Origin: Nitrospirae bacterium GWF2_44_13
GTDB lineage: Bacteria; Nitrospirota; Thermodesulfovibrionia; Thermodesulfovibrionales; UBA1546
Length of the DNA: 64,000 nucleotides
Assembly: GCA_001805105.1 (NCBI GenBank)
Contig: MHEE01000012.1
Span: 25,590-89,589, forward strand
Reading direction: 5' to 3'
Shown here: positions 26,099 through 34,365 of the stretch, in pieces
Layout: each line of letters begins with the position of its first letter
How positions within the stretch are numbered: the stretch's first letter is position 1
Translations under genes and position numbers: made by a program
Notes under the pieces: generated by a model
What the model saw: only the letters and a program-made list of their open reading frames with translations
Databases searched by the model: none
Told to the model about the DNA's origin: nothing

Positions 26099-26596
26099 CT
26101 ACTTGAAAAGATTATCAATATCCTCATCGCTTATCTCCGCAAAAGGCGAGTCTGCTGATTTGCCGCCTTCCACTTTTTCTTTTTCTGCCTTGCTCGCTAT
26201 TTCGTCAAATATTCTTGCAAGGGCTTCCGCGGCCTTTTTCACCCTGAGCCTTACAAGCCCGAGTGAAGACCTTTGGCCAAATATCACAACAAGTATAACT
26301 CTCTGTCCAATCAATGATATATGGATGTTGTCTTTTTCTCCTTCGTGGAAGAGGATAGTAAATTCCTTTTCTCCAAGAAGCCTTGCAATTCCCCCTGTGG
26401 CTGCAATATTGCCGGCTGTAAGCGATGCAAGGGATGTGGTATCAATATTGTGGGTATCTCCTGCAGAGGCTATAAGCTGGCCGTTTTTATCCACAAGGAA
26501 GACAACGTTTGCATTTGCCTGCTGGTGAAGTCTCTGGAGTTCCCCGTCAATCTTCTGGAACTCATTATCATGCATTACAAGGTCAGAACCGGCCAT
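26099..26596 (-). CDS. mglB: Roadblock/LC7 domain protein (MglB-like GAP)
   Basis: 165 aa with a Roadblock/LC7-like core, directly upstream of mglA in the same operon. Confidence 0.85.
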   Translation of the reverse strand: MAGSDLVMHDNEFQKIDGELQRLHQQANANVVFLVDKNGQLIASAGDTHNIDTTSLASLTAGNIAATGGIARLLGEKEFTILFHEGEKDNIHISLIGQRVILVVIFGQRSSLGLVRLRVKKAAEALARIFDEIASKAEKEKVEGGKSADSPFAEISDEDIDNLFK

Positions 26597-26690
26597 CCTC
26601 TATCTCCTCTTAATCGCCATCCTGCCGCATTAAAAAACGCAGGGATTTTCATCTAAATTATCAGAAACACTACTAATAAGCAACTGTAAA

Positions 26691-27623
26691 CTATTCTGTT
26701 CCTGACGCCTTAAGCAGAACTCCCCACTCTTTATCCACCATTTCCTGAAAATTTTTAAGCATGTTTTCATTTTCAGGAGCAAAAAGGTGCTTAAATCTTC
26801 CCTGAGGCTTAAGGAAATCCACAAGGGGCTTCTTTTCCTTTGGCTTAAAGGTTACTTTTGTGACTCCGTTCTCTATCTCATAAAGCGGCCAGTAGCATGT
26901 CTCAACGGCAAGCCTGCTGAGCATTATAGCGTCGTCTGTCCTTGACCGCCATCCGCGGTTACATGGCGAAAGTATGTTCATAAACTTAGGGCCCTTAATT
27001 TCAAGCGCCTTTTTTACTTTCTTTACAAGATCGCTCCAATTGCTCGGTGATGCCTGCGCAACGTATGGAATATCATGCGCAGCCATTATCTTTGTAAGGT
27101 TTTTTCTCGGCTGGGGCTTGCCATGGATAACGCTTCCCGCAGGACAGGTTGTCGTGTCCGCACCGTAAGGAGTGGCGCTTGAACGCTGAATGCCTGTATT
27201 CATATATGCGCCGTTGTCATAGCAGACATAAAGCATGTCATGCCCGCGCTCCATTGCGCCTGAAAGGCTCTGCAACCCTATGTCATAAGTGCCTCCATCG
27301 CCGCCGAATGCGATGAACTTAATCTCCTTATCAATCTTACCCTGCTTTTTCAAAGACCTGTACATCGTCTCTACGCCTGAAAGCGTTGCAGCGGCATTCT
27401 CAAAGGCATTGTGTATCCATGGGATTTTCCAAGCAGTATAATCAGATATGCAGGTAGAGACTTCAAGACATCCGGTTGCATTGGCTGCAACTATGGGATA
27501 GTCCGAAGCAAGAAGAACCATCTTTACAATAATAGGAGCGCCGCAGCCTGAACACATCCTATGCCCTGAAGTTAACAATATTTCTTTTTTTGAAAGTTCT
27601 TTTAATGTAAGTGGTGTCGCCAT
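26691..27623 (-). CDS. porB: pyruvate/2-oxoacid:ferredoxin oxidoreductase beta subunit (TPP-binding)
   Basis: CSGCG near the N-terminus and the GDGG thiamine-diphosphate-binding motif. Confidence 0.92.
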   Translation of the reverse strand: MATPLTLKELSKKEILLTSGHRMCSGCGAPIIVKMVLLASDYPIVAANATGCLEVSTCISDYTAWKIPWIHNAFENAAATLSGVETMYRSLKKQGKIDKEIKFIAFGGDGGTYDIGLQSLSGAMERGHDMLYVCYDNGAYMNTGIQRSSATPYGADTTTCPAGSVIHGKPQPRKNLTKIMAAHDIPYVAQASPSNWSDLVKKVKKALEIKGPKFMNILSPCNRGWRSRTDDAIMLSRLAVETCYWPLYEIENGVTKVTFKPKEKKPLVDFLKPQGRFKHLFAPENENMLKNFQEMVDKEWGVLLKASGTE

Positions 27624-27624
27624 A

Positions 27625-28821
27625 TTATTCCCTCACCGCGATATATTCTTTAATCATTTTTACTTTTCCTGTCTTTACTATCTCAACAAGCTCATTAAGC
27701 ACAAGCTCCGCATGACTTGGCATGTAATCCCTTCCTCCGAGGCCGTATATCTTATTGATAAGAACCGGCCCATTTTTATGAGGATAAAGGCTTGCGGCAA
27801 TATCAATGAAGAGCGGCCCGTAAGAGCCTCCGAATGCATCAGCCCTGTCAAGTACACAGATTGCTTTCAGGTGCTTTAACGCATTTCCTATTTCATCGTA
27901 CGGGAACGGCCTGAACAACCTCGGCTTTAACAAGCCAGCCTTTATTCCTTTTTCTCTGAACGAATCAATAACATCCTTTGACGTGCCTGCAGCGGAGTTC
28001 AGTATAACAAGCCCTATCTCAGCGTCATCAAGCCTGTACTCTTCAAAGAGCCCGTATTTCCTGCCGGATATTTTTTCAAAGTCTTTAGCGACATCCAATA
28101 CAATGCCGGGAACCTTTGACATAACCTCAGCATGCGCCTTTCTGTATTCCATATAATAGTCCGGGAGTATCAAAGGCCCGTAACTCACAGGATGCTCCAG
28201 ATCAAGCAAAGGATTCAACTGCTTATACTCACCGACAAGTTTGCTGACAGCGTCATCGTCGATATATTCAATCCTCTCTATTGAATGGCTTATGATAAAG
28301 CCGTCAAGACACACCATGATCGGAAGCCTTATATCCATGTGCTCTGCAATGCGGAATGCCTGAATTGTATTGTCATACGCCTCCTGAGCGTTCTCAGACC
28401 AGAGCTGTATCCATCCGCAGTCCCTTGCGCCCATTCCATCCGAGTGGTCTCCGTGGATATTTAATGGCGCTGACAAGGCCCTGTTCACCAGAGCCATGAC
28501 TATCGGCAGCCTTGTGCCTGAAGCTATGAATAATTCTTCCCACATAAGCGCAAGCCCCTGCGAAGAGGTAGCGGTCATAACCCTTCCGCCTGCGGCAGCG
28601 GCTCCTATGCACCCGCTCATCGCGCTGTGTTCGCTTTCAACAAGAATCATCTCGGTCTTTACCTTGCCGTCTGATACAAAACCTGTAAATCTCTGCATAA
28701 TATCTGTCGCAGGGGTTATGGGATATGCTGCGCTTACATCAGGGTTTATCTGTCTCAGCGCCTCTGCAACAGCCTCGTTTCCTGTAACCGCAACTATTCT
28801 TCCGGATTTCTGGGCCATCAT
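27625..28821 (-). CDS. porA: pyruvate/2-oxoacid:ferredoxin oxidoreductase alpha subunit
   Basis: GNEA...AYPITP motif. I chose the ATG at 28821 (GGAGG upstream, ATGA overlap with the porD stop). The longest ORF starts at 28872. Confidence 0.92.
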   Translation of the reverse strand: MMAQKSGRIVAVTGNEAVAEALRQINPDVSAAYPITPATDIMQRFTGFVSDGKVKTEMILVESEHSAMSGCIGAAAAGGRVMTATSSQGLALMWEELFIASGTRLPIVMALVNRALSAPLNIHGDHSDGMGARDCGWIQLWSENAQEAYDNTIQAFRIAEHMDIRLPIMVCLDGFIISHSIERIEYIDDDAVSKLVGEYKQLNPLLDLEHPVSYGPLILPDYYMEYRKAHAEVMSKVPGIVLDVAKDFEKISGRKYGLFEEYRLDDAEIGLVILNSAAGTSKDVIDSFREKGIKAGLLKPRLFRPFPYDEIGNALKHLKAICVLDRADAFGGSYGPLFIDIAASLYPHKNGPVLINKIYGLGGRDYMPSHAELVLNELVEIVKTGKVKMIKEYIAVRE

Positions 28822-29111
28822 TTCCCCTCCTCTTCCATGACTATCGCCTTGTTCCCTTTTTTCCCCGGACACTCAAGAGCGCATATTCCACAGCCCTTGC
28901 AATAGTCATAATTAAACCCTGTCATTTTACCGTCCTTGACATTAACAGCCATGTCAGGGCAGTACGCCCAGCAGAAAAGACACTGGATGCAGTTTTCCTC
29001 TATCCATTTCGGCCTGTAGGCCCTCCATGAGCCTGTCTTAAACTGTAAAGCGCTTCCTGCCTCTGTGCAGACAGCTCCGGGATTCACATTCTTCCATCCT
29101 TTAAGCTTCAT
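28818..29111 (-). CDS. porD: pyruvate:ferredoxin oxidoreductase delta subunit (2x[4Fe-4S] ferredoxin)
   Basis: Two ferredoxin Cys clusters (CIQCLFCWAYCP and CKGCGICALECP). Confidence 0.9.
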   Translation of the reverse strand: MKLKGWKNVNPGAVCTEAGSALQFKTGSWRAYRPKWIEENCIQCLFCWAYCPDMAVNVKDGKMTGFNYDYCKGCGICALECPGKKGNKAIVMEEEGK

Positions 29112-29683
29112 CCTTCTTTTACCTCCCCGTATCCGCGCTTTGTAGCCTCAAGATTGCCGTCTATTATCTTCTGGGAGAATTTCTTTCCGAAGCTTTTCCT
29201 GACATCTTCGAGAAGACTATCAATGCTTACAATGTTCGTGGCCTTGCATATTGCTCCAAGCATCGGCGCATTAGGCAAAGACCTTCCGATGCAATCCATC
29301 GCTATCTTTGAAGCGTCTATTGTAAAAACCTTCTGTGAAGATTCCGCTTTGAGTTTTGCTCTTATTTCTTTAGGTTCTTTTGATGTATTTACCACAAAAA
29401 TAGCGTCCTTTGTTGCCCCGTCGGCAACATTGATGCTGTCAAGCAAAGTAGCGTCAACAACACTAACAATCTGAGGATTTAAAACAGGACAATGCATCCT
29501 GAGTTCTTTAGAACTAATCCTGTTATATGCACGCAGAGGCGCACCGGCCCTTTCAGGCCCGTATTCAGGGAAGGCCTGCACATGCCTTCCGCTGCTGAGG
29601 CATGCGTCAGCAAGCACCTTTGCGGCAGTGACCGTTCCCTGTCCGCCTCTTCCATGCCACCGGATTTCAACCATATCAGCCAT
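29108..29683 (-). CDS. porG: pyruvate:ferredoxin oxidoreductase gamma subunit
   Basis: HGRGGQG motif. The ATG at 29683 is preceded by GGAGGAAAGAT. The track start at 29698 is a TTG. Confidence 0.9.
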   Translation of the reverse strand: MADMVEIRWHGRGGQGTVTAAKVLADACLSSGRHVQAFPEYGPERAGAPLRAYNRISSKELRMHCPVLNPQIVSVVDATLLDSINVADGATKDAIFVVNTSKEPKEIRAKLKAESSQKVFTIDASKIAMDCIGRSLPNAPMLGAICKATNIVSIDSLLEDVRKSFGKKFSQKIIDGNLEATKRGYGEVKEG

Positions 29684-29959
29684 ATCTTTCCTCCACAATA
29701 AAGTTTATCATTTTATCCAATTATCCGCTTATTTTGCAAGACATCAAACTTAATAGGTTTATTTATTTTTGTGATAGAAGAAACACGGGTGTTTTTTTAT
29801 GAGACTTTTAGCGCATTATGTGTCAAGTAAGTTAGTTTATTGATCACTGAGCTTGATATTGAGATGAAGGTCTTTTTTAACCTTGCAAATTAAAGGCCTA
29901 CCTTTTAAATTACAAGCAGATAAAACGGGCATTGAGGCTGAGATTGAGATGAGGCTTAG

Positions 29960-30199
29960 TCAGGCGCTTTTTCTATATCGCGTAGCGTACCAGTCAATAA
30001 CCTGTCTAATCATTTTTTGGTAGGAAGTATGATGTTTTTGCGCCTCCTTTTTAAAAAAATCAATACTCGCTTTTTTTAGGGCAATTGTCACCTTAATATT
30101 TTCTTCCTTCAGCACGAGTTGATCCGGAGGAGGCAGAAAATCATTAACAATCCTGAGATTGCCCATGGGTTCTTCGCTATATTTCATTTTGCTCTTCAT
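29960..30199 (-). CDS. brnA: BrnA-type antitoxin (CopG/RHH-like)
   Basis: PPPDQL...KVTIALK....DFFKKEA pattern typical of BrnA. The ATG at 30199 follows GGGAGGAAAA and overlaps the brnT 3' end. Confidence 0.75.
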   Translation of the reverse strand: MKSKMKYSEEPMGNLRIVNDFLPPPDQLVLKEENIKVTIALKKASIDFFKKEAQKHHTSYQKMIRQVIDWYATRYRKSA

Positions 30200-30461
30200 A
30201 TATTTTCCTCCCTTTTCTCCAATATCCCGCACCATAAATGCGGATAACATTACCTCTATACGTAAACCTCACGGTCATTATGCCCTCGCCGACCCTGCCG
30301 ATGCAGTAAAACCTTTCTTCCTCGGTACTATGGTTAATGTCTTCGACAATTACACGCATAGGGTCAAGAAAGGCATATTGAGCCAATGAAAAAGAGACAT
30401 TGTGCTTGGCATGGTTTTCCCTATCCTTCTCCTCGTCCCATTCGAAATGGGTCTTTTTCAT
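30177..30461 (-). CDS. brnT: BrnT-family toxin (DUF497)
   Basis: FEWDEEKDRENHAKHNVSF...DINHSTEEERFYCIGRV...IRIYGAGYW is the canonical DUF497 pattern. Confidence 0.85.
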   Translation of the reverse strand: MKKTHFEWDEEKDRENHAKHNVSFSLAQYAFLDPMRVIVEDINHSTEEERFYCIGRVGEGIMTVRFTYRGNVIRIYGAGYWRKGRKIYEEQNEI

Positions 30462-30634
30462 GGTTTTATGATACTACGGAATGAGCTAAAAAGCAATATG
30501 AAAGTATGGCTGTTTATATGGTCTATTTGAAACTGAAACTCAACTGATATCGCAAAGGGCAGGATTGAGAAACGCGTACACCGCCGCGCGGCTTGGTATC
30601 TCCTACTCTATTGCCCTCTTGCCCGCTCTTTCTT

Positions 30635-30667
30635 GCTGATAGCTGATCGCTGAAGGCTGAAGCTGAG
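30635..30667. repeat. heptanucleotide tandem array, GCTGAWR family (intergenic)
   Basis: GCTGATA GCTGATC GCTGAAG GCTGAAG CTGAG. Confidence 0.65.
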
Positions 30668-30868
30668 TTAGCGAATAGATTACGGCACTTTGAGACTGTC
30701 ATGCAGTGACTCACCGAGGCAGTGGAACTATTAAAAAACCGGCCGCTGTCCCTAATTAGTCACCGATACATTTATCAACGACAGTCAATCTATCTTTCCC
30801 GCTTAGATAGGGCTATCATGAATGGCCATACTTCTTCAAAAAAACTTGATAAATATATCACTTGTATG

Positions 30869-30877
30869 TGTTATAAT
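30869..30877 (+). promoter_or_regulatory. possible extended -10 promoter (TGtTATAAT) for the methyltransferase cassette
   Basis: TGTTATAAT lies 60 nt upstream of the ATG at 30937. No well-spaced -35 was found. Confidence 0.3.
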
Positions 30878-30936
30878 TTGACAACTTTTAATAGTGCGGA
30901 GGCAATTTTCAGGGAACTCAGAGTGAGAAATAAATA

Positions 30937-32223
30937 ATGCCCTTAAATAACAAGACAAGGATAAACAAAAAACTTGAATGGGGGAAATATGTATCCCCTC
31001 TCTCCGATAAAAATATTACCCCCTTCAACTGGTATTCATTCAAACACAGATTCGGCAGTGAGCTTGTCTCAAAGATATTTTTCATGTTTGGATTATCAGA
31101 AGGAGACTCGATTTTCGACCCCTATTGCGGCGGGGGCACGACCCTTATTAAATCAAAATTAGACGGATACAATGCAGTTGGCTTGGATATTTCCCCTTTT
31201 TCTACTTTCTTAACAAACACCTTAACAAAATCATATGACGCAAACAGATTAAACAAAGCATTAAAAAAAATTTCCCATAAAGTTAATTCAAAAGTTGATA
31301 TCCCAGATGTTGCTATTCTGCAAAAATCGTTTTCTGACAGAACATTGCAATATATTTACTCATTAAAAGATTCAATCAATTCATTATCTATGCCCGAGAG
31401 AGATTTTTTTCTTTTTTCCTTGTTGAGAATCTTGGATAGTGCAAGCAAAGCAAAAAAATCAGGAGGATTTCTTCGAATAACTGATCAAAAAAGGGTTCCG
31501 CTGGAAGTCGTTAAAAAAATGTTTGTTGATTCTTCTGAAAAACTCATGAGCGATATTAAGACCTTTAAATATACAGATACTTTTACCAAGGCGGTAATTG
31601 GTGACGCAAGAGATTATCCATATGAAGTGAAAGACAAGAAATATGATGCTATATTAACGTCACCACCATATCCGAACAGACACGACTATACACGGATATA
31701 TGAGCTAGAATTATTGGTTGGTTTTATAAAAGACAACAAATCTCTTAAAAACCTCCGGTACGAAACTTTAAGATCGCATGTAGAGGCCAAAGAGAAATAC
31801 AAAGCAGATGGCTATATTAGACCTATGCTGCTTGAGAAAAAGATAAAAGAGTTAAATAAGCGTGAGATGAATAATTCTAAAGTTATTTCAACAATCGATG
31901 GATATTTTGAAGATATGTACTTGTCTTTGAAAGAAATGGCCAATGTTTTAAAACCCGGCGGCCATATTGGGCTTGTTGTCAGCAATGTTCGCTTTGCGGG
32001 TGTTATGATTCCAGTTGATGAATTGCTGACACAAATAGGAACACAGGTAGGCTTAGAAAATGAGGGTATTTATGTTCTTCGATATAGAGGGAATAGCTCT
32101 CAGCAAATGGGCAGACATAAAAGAGAGCCAGCCCGAGAAAGTCTGATAGTCTGGGGAAAATTAAAAATATGCAACAAAAGAAAAAAACAACAAGCCAGCC
32201 TAAACAAATCGTTTACCTTTTAG
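30937..32223 (+). CDS. DNA methyltransferase (N6-adenine or N4-cytosine type, SPPY catalytic motif)
   Basis: AdoMet motif I IFDPYCGGGTTLI followed by GYNAVGLDISP. Catalytic motif IV ILTSPPYPNRHDY sits about 170 aa downstream, and LKPGGHIGLVVSN follows later. K/N/I-rich and AT-rich. Confidence 0.8.
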   Translation: MPLNNKTRINKKLEWGKYVSPLSDKNITPFNWYSFKHRFGSELVSKIFFMFGLSEGDSIFDPYCGGGTTLIKSKLDGYNAVGLDISPFSTFLTNTLTKSYDANRLNKALKKISHKVNSKVDIPDVAILQKSFSDRTLQYIYSLKDSINSLSMPERDFFLFSLLRILDSASKAKKSGGFLRITDQKRVPLEVVKKMFVDSSEKLMSDIKTFKYTDTFTKAVIGDARDYPYEVKDKKYDAILTSPPYPNRHDYTRIYELELLVGFIKDNKSLKNLRYETLRSHVEAKEKYKADGYIRPMLLEKKIKELNKREMNNSKVISTIDGYFEDMYLSLKEMANVLKPGGHIGLVVSNVRFAGVMIPVDELLTQIGTQVGLENEGIYVLRYRGNSSQQMGRHKREPARESLIVWGKLKICNKRKKQQASLNKSFTF

Positions 32224-33248
32224 GTGCAGGCGCAACACAAGCAGAGGTTGCCCATCAAGGAGTAAAAGTTAATCTTCTCATGCAGGGCATTTCTTCTCAT
32301 ATTTTAAAAAGGGCTAATACGGATAGGCATTTAAACCTAAAAGAAGAAGCTGATATTGAAAAATTAATAAGCCTACTTGCTGCAACTGGTATCGATAAAT
32401 ATAAACAAGAGGCAGAAAACTTAAGAGAGGCTTATTTCGCGGAGATACTGGACGGTTTGATTAACGCAGGCATATTAGATAATCCAGAGCTTGCTATGGG
32501 TCTATTTGAGATGCACAATAATGCACTATTTAAGAAAAAAACCGAAACGCTATCAGGAATCATTAGCTTAAACCATGATAACCTTTTTCAGGTTGCATCG
32601 CAAAACATTTATAAATGTATTAACCTTGGCTTTAAATTTGAGTCCGATTCCACTCATTTTTTGCCCGGAAGCAACAAAAAAGCACCACGCATAATACAAT
32701 TGCATGGTTCCTTTAATTGGCTGAATTCTTTACCTATAAAAGTTTCATTGCTAACGCGTCATAGCAAATATGATAAGGACATGCTGTGGATACCACCAAC
32801 CATTTTAAAAGAGTCAAAAGATTATCCATATAATAAGTTAATGGCATTAGCATATGAAATATTATTGAGGAAGTGCAACATTTTGAGAATTATAGGCTGC
32901 TCATTAAGTCAAAACGATTGGAATATTATTTCTCTTATATTTAACGCGCAATATAATCAATATCGCAATGATAACACTTGCTTTAAAATTGAATTGATAA
33001 TGGATGAAGATAAATGCCAGGAGATTATCAGGGAGTATTCATACTTAAAAAATATTTTCCCTATTAGCCAATTAAAAGATGGCAATTTTGATGAATACAA
33101 AAACTCCGATAAAATATCGAAAACGTCTGAACTTAACAATCCGTTTAAGTATTGGCTTAAAACGAAGGTTCAGTACCATCGGAATAAGGGCACATTTGAT
33201 GGTAAAAGCATAAGTAAAACTTTGAAAAAAATAATGGGAGCAAGGTAA
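32169..33248 (+). CDS. SIR2-like (SIR2_2/DHS-like NAD-binding fold) protein, putative NADase effector
   Basis: Ordered motifs YLLGAGATQ, SLNHDNLF, IIQLHGSFNW and LRIIGCSLSQNDWNI parallel the GAGxS / TNYD / HG / GxSxxD pattern of ThsA-type SIR2 domains. Overlaps the methyltransferase by 55 nt. Confidence 0.7.
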   Translation: MQQKKKTTSQPKQIVYLLGAGATQAEVAHQGVKVNLLMQGISSHILKRANTDRHLNLKEEADIEKLISLLAATGIDKYKQEAENLREAYFAEILDGLINAGILDNPELAMGLFEMHNNALFKKKTETLSGIISLNHDNLFQVASQNIYKCINLGFKFESDSTHFLPGSNKKAPRIIQLHGSFNWLNSLPIKVSLLTRHSKYDKDMLWIPPTILKESKDYPYNKLMALAYEILLRKCNILRIIGCSLSQNDWNIISLIFNAQYNQYRNDNTCFKIELIMDEDKCQEIIREYSYLKNIFPISQLKDGNFDEYKNSDKISKTSELNNPFKYWLKTKVQYHRNKGTFDGKSISKTLKKIMGAR

Positions 33249-34282
33249 TGAAAAGAAGGTTTGAAGAATGGCGCATAAATAAACTACTTGAATCGAGGGA
33301 GAATATTTCTTTTCCTGATTACCAAAGAGAACCTAAATTGTGGGGCTTGAAAGAAAAACAGTTATTAATAGATTCGATAATAATCGATATGGATATTCCT
33401 AAACTCTACTTTAACGAGATAAAAAAAGGCGACTATGAAGTGGTTGATGGGCAACAAAGATTATGGGCAATATGGGGATTTATTAACAATGAATATAAAT
33501 ATGAAATAGATGGTAAGAATAAATATTTTAACGAGCTGTCTTCGACTCTAAAGGAACACATACTTTCATATAGATTACAAATTACTATAATCACTAATGC
33601 ATCTGAGAAAGATTTAAGGGAACTTTTTTTAAGGTTGCAATTAGGCCTTCTTTTAATTACTGGAGAAAAGCTAAATGCGACAGTTGGTTTAATGAAAGAT
33701 TTTGTGTTTAAAAAGATGGTAAAACATTCTTTTATTAAATCAATCGCAATCCCGGAACGCAGATTTGCAAAACAAACATTATGCGCTCAAATTTGTATCA
33801 ATATATTTTCTAAGGAAAATATTAATGATTTCTCTCGTACACGATATGAAGATTTAAATTATTTTTTCAAAAACTATGAACATCTGCAAGGGGAAGAGTT
33901 GAAGCTGTTTGAAAACCTGTGCAAACACATTCTTGATGTTCTTGACACTCTAAATTTTTATTTTAAGGAAAAGGCTGAGTTGTTGAAAAACAGATCTTTT
34001 ATCCTCTCTGTATATTTATTTGTTGAAGAGATGACAAAAACTCACAGCAAGCAAGCATTAGATCTTGCAATGCCTAAGTTTATTGAATTTGCAATTACGC
34101 TCTTGGAGCGGTTAAGGTCTGAAGCCCAGGCAGGGTTCGACAGAAGAAATGAGGAATTATATATTTTTGAATCTTTCCTAAGCAATGCGCCTGGAGAGAA
34201 ATATCAAATTAAAAGAAGGCATGACAAATTAAAAGATTTCTTTAAATACTATCAAAAAACTGGCAAAATAAAGGGTGATTAA
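33248..34282 (+). CDS. DUF262 (ParB/Srx-like, GmrSD N-terminal type) protein lacking a DUF1524/HNH nuclease domain
   Basis: FPDYQREPKLW...LIDSI...IPKLYF...YEVVDGQQRL and LFLRLQLG motifs. I saw no His-Me/HNH motif in the C-terminal helical half. TAATG overlap with the SIR2-like gene. Confidence 0.85.
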   Translation: MKRRFEEWRINKLLESRENISFPDYQREPKLWGLKEKQLLIDSIIIDMDIPKLYFNEIKKGDYEVVDGQQRLWAIWGFINNEYKYEIDGKNKYFNELSSTLKEHILSYRLQITIITNASEKDLRELFLRLQLGLLLITGEKLNATVGLMKDFVFKKMVKHSFIKSIAIPERRFAKQTLCAQICINIFSKENINDFSRTRYEDLNYFFKNYEHLQGEELKLFENLCKHILDVLDTLNFYFKEKAELLKNRSFILSVYLFVEEMTKTHSKQALDLAMPKFIEFAITLLERLRSEAQAGFDRRNEELYIFESFLSNAPGEKYQIKRRHDKLKDFFKYYQKTGKIKGD

Positions 34283-34365
34283 TGGCTTAATCACTCGTTG
34301 CTCAACACTTTTGGGTCAGCATTTTATGAAAAAAATAGTAAAAAATTAGAAAAAATTAGGGAACA

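Noticed and set aside
30523-30714. 63-aa minus-strand ORF in the brnT-methyltransferase gap
   Set aside because: No RBS and no recognisable domain. It spans the GCTGAWR array and the GC-rich structured segment, so it is most likely non-coding.
30722-30937. 71-aa GTG-initiated ORF ending in a TAATG overlap with the methyltransferase start (possible controller protein)
   Set aside because: No helix-turn-helix-like pattern. The weak GTG start has no Shine-Dalgarno sequence, and the only plausible promoter (-10 at 30869-30877) lies inside it. It is kept only as a remote possibility.
32169-32223. Possibility that the methyltransferase and the SIR2-like ORF are one gene split by a frameshift
   Set aside because: The methyltransferase already contains all expected motifs before the overlap. 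The SIR2-like ORF has its own ATG with GGGGA upstream, and its GAGAT motif starts 17 codons in. The two frames are read as separate, overlapping genes.
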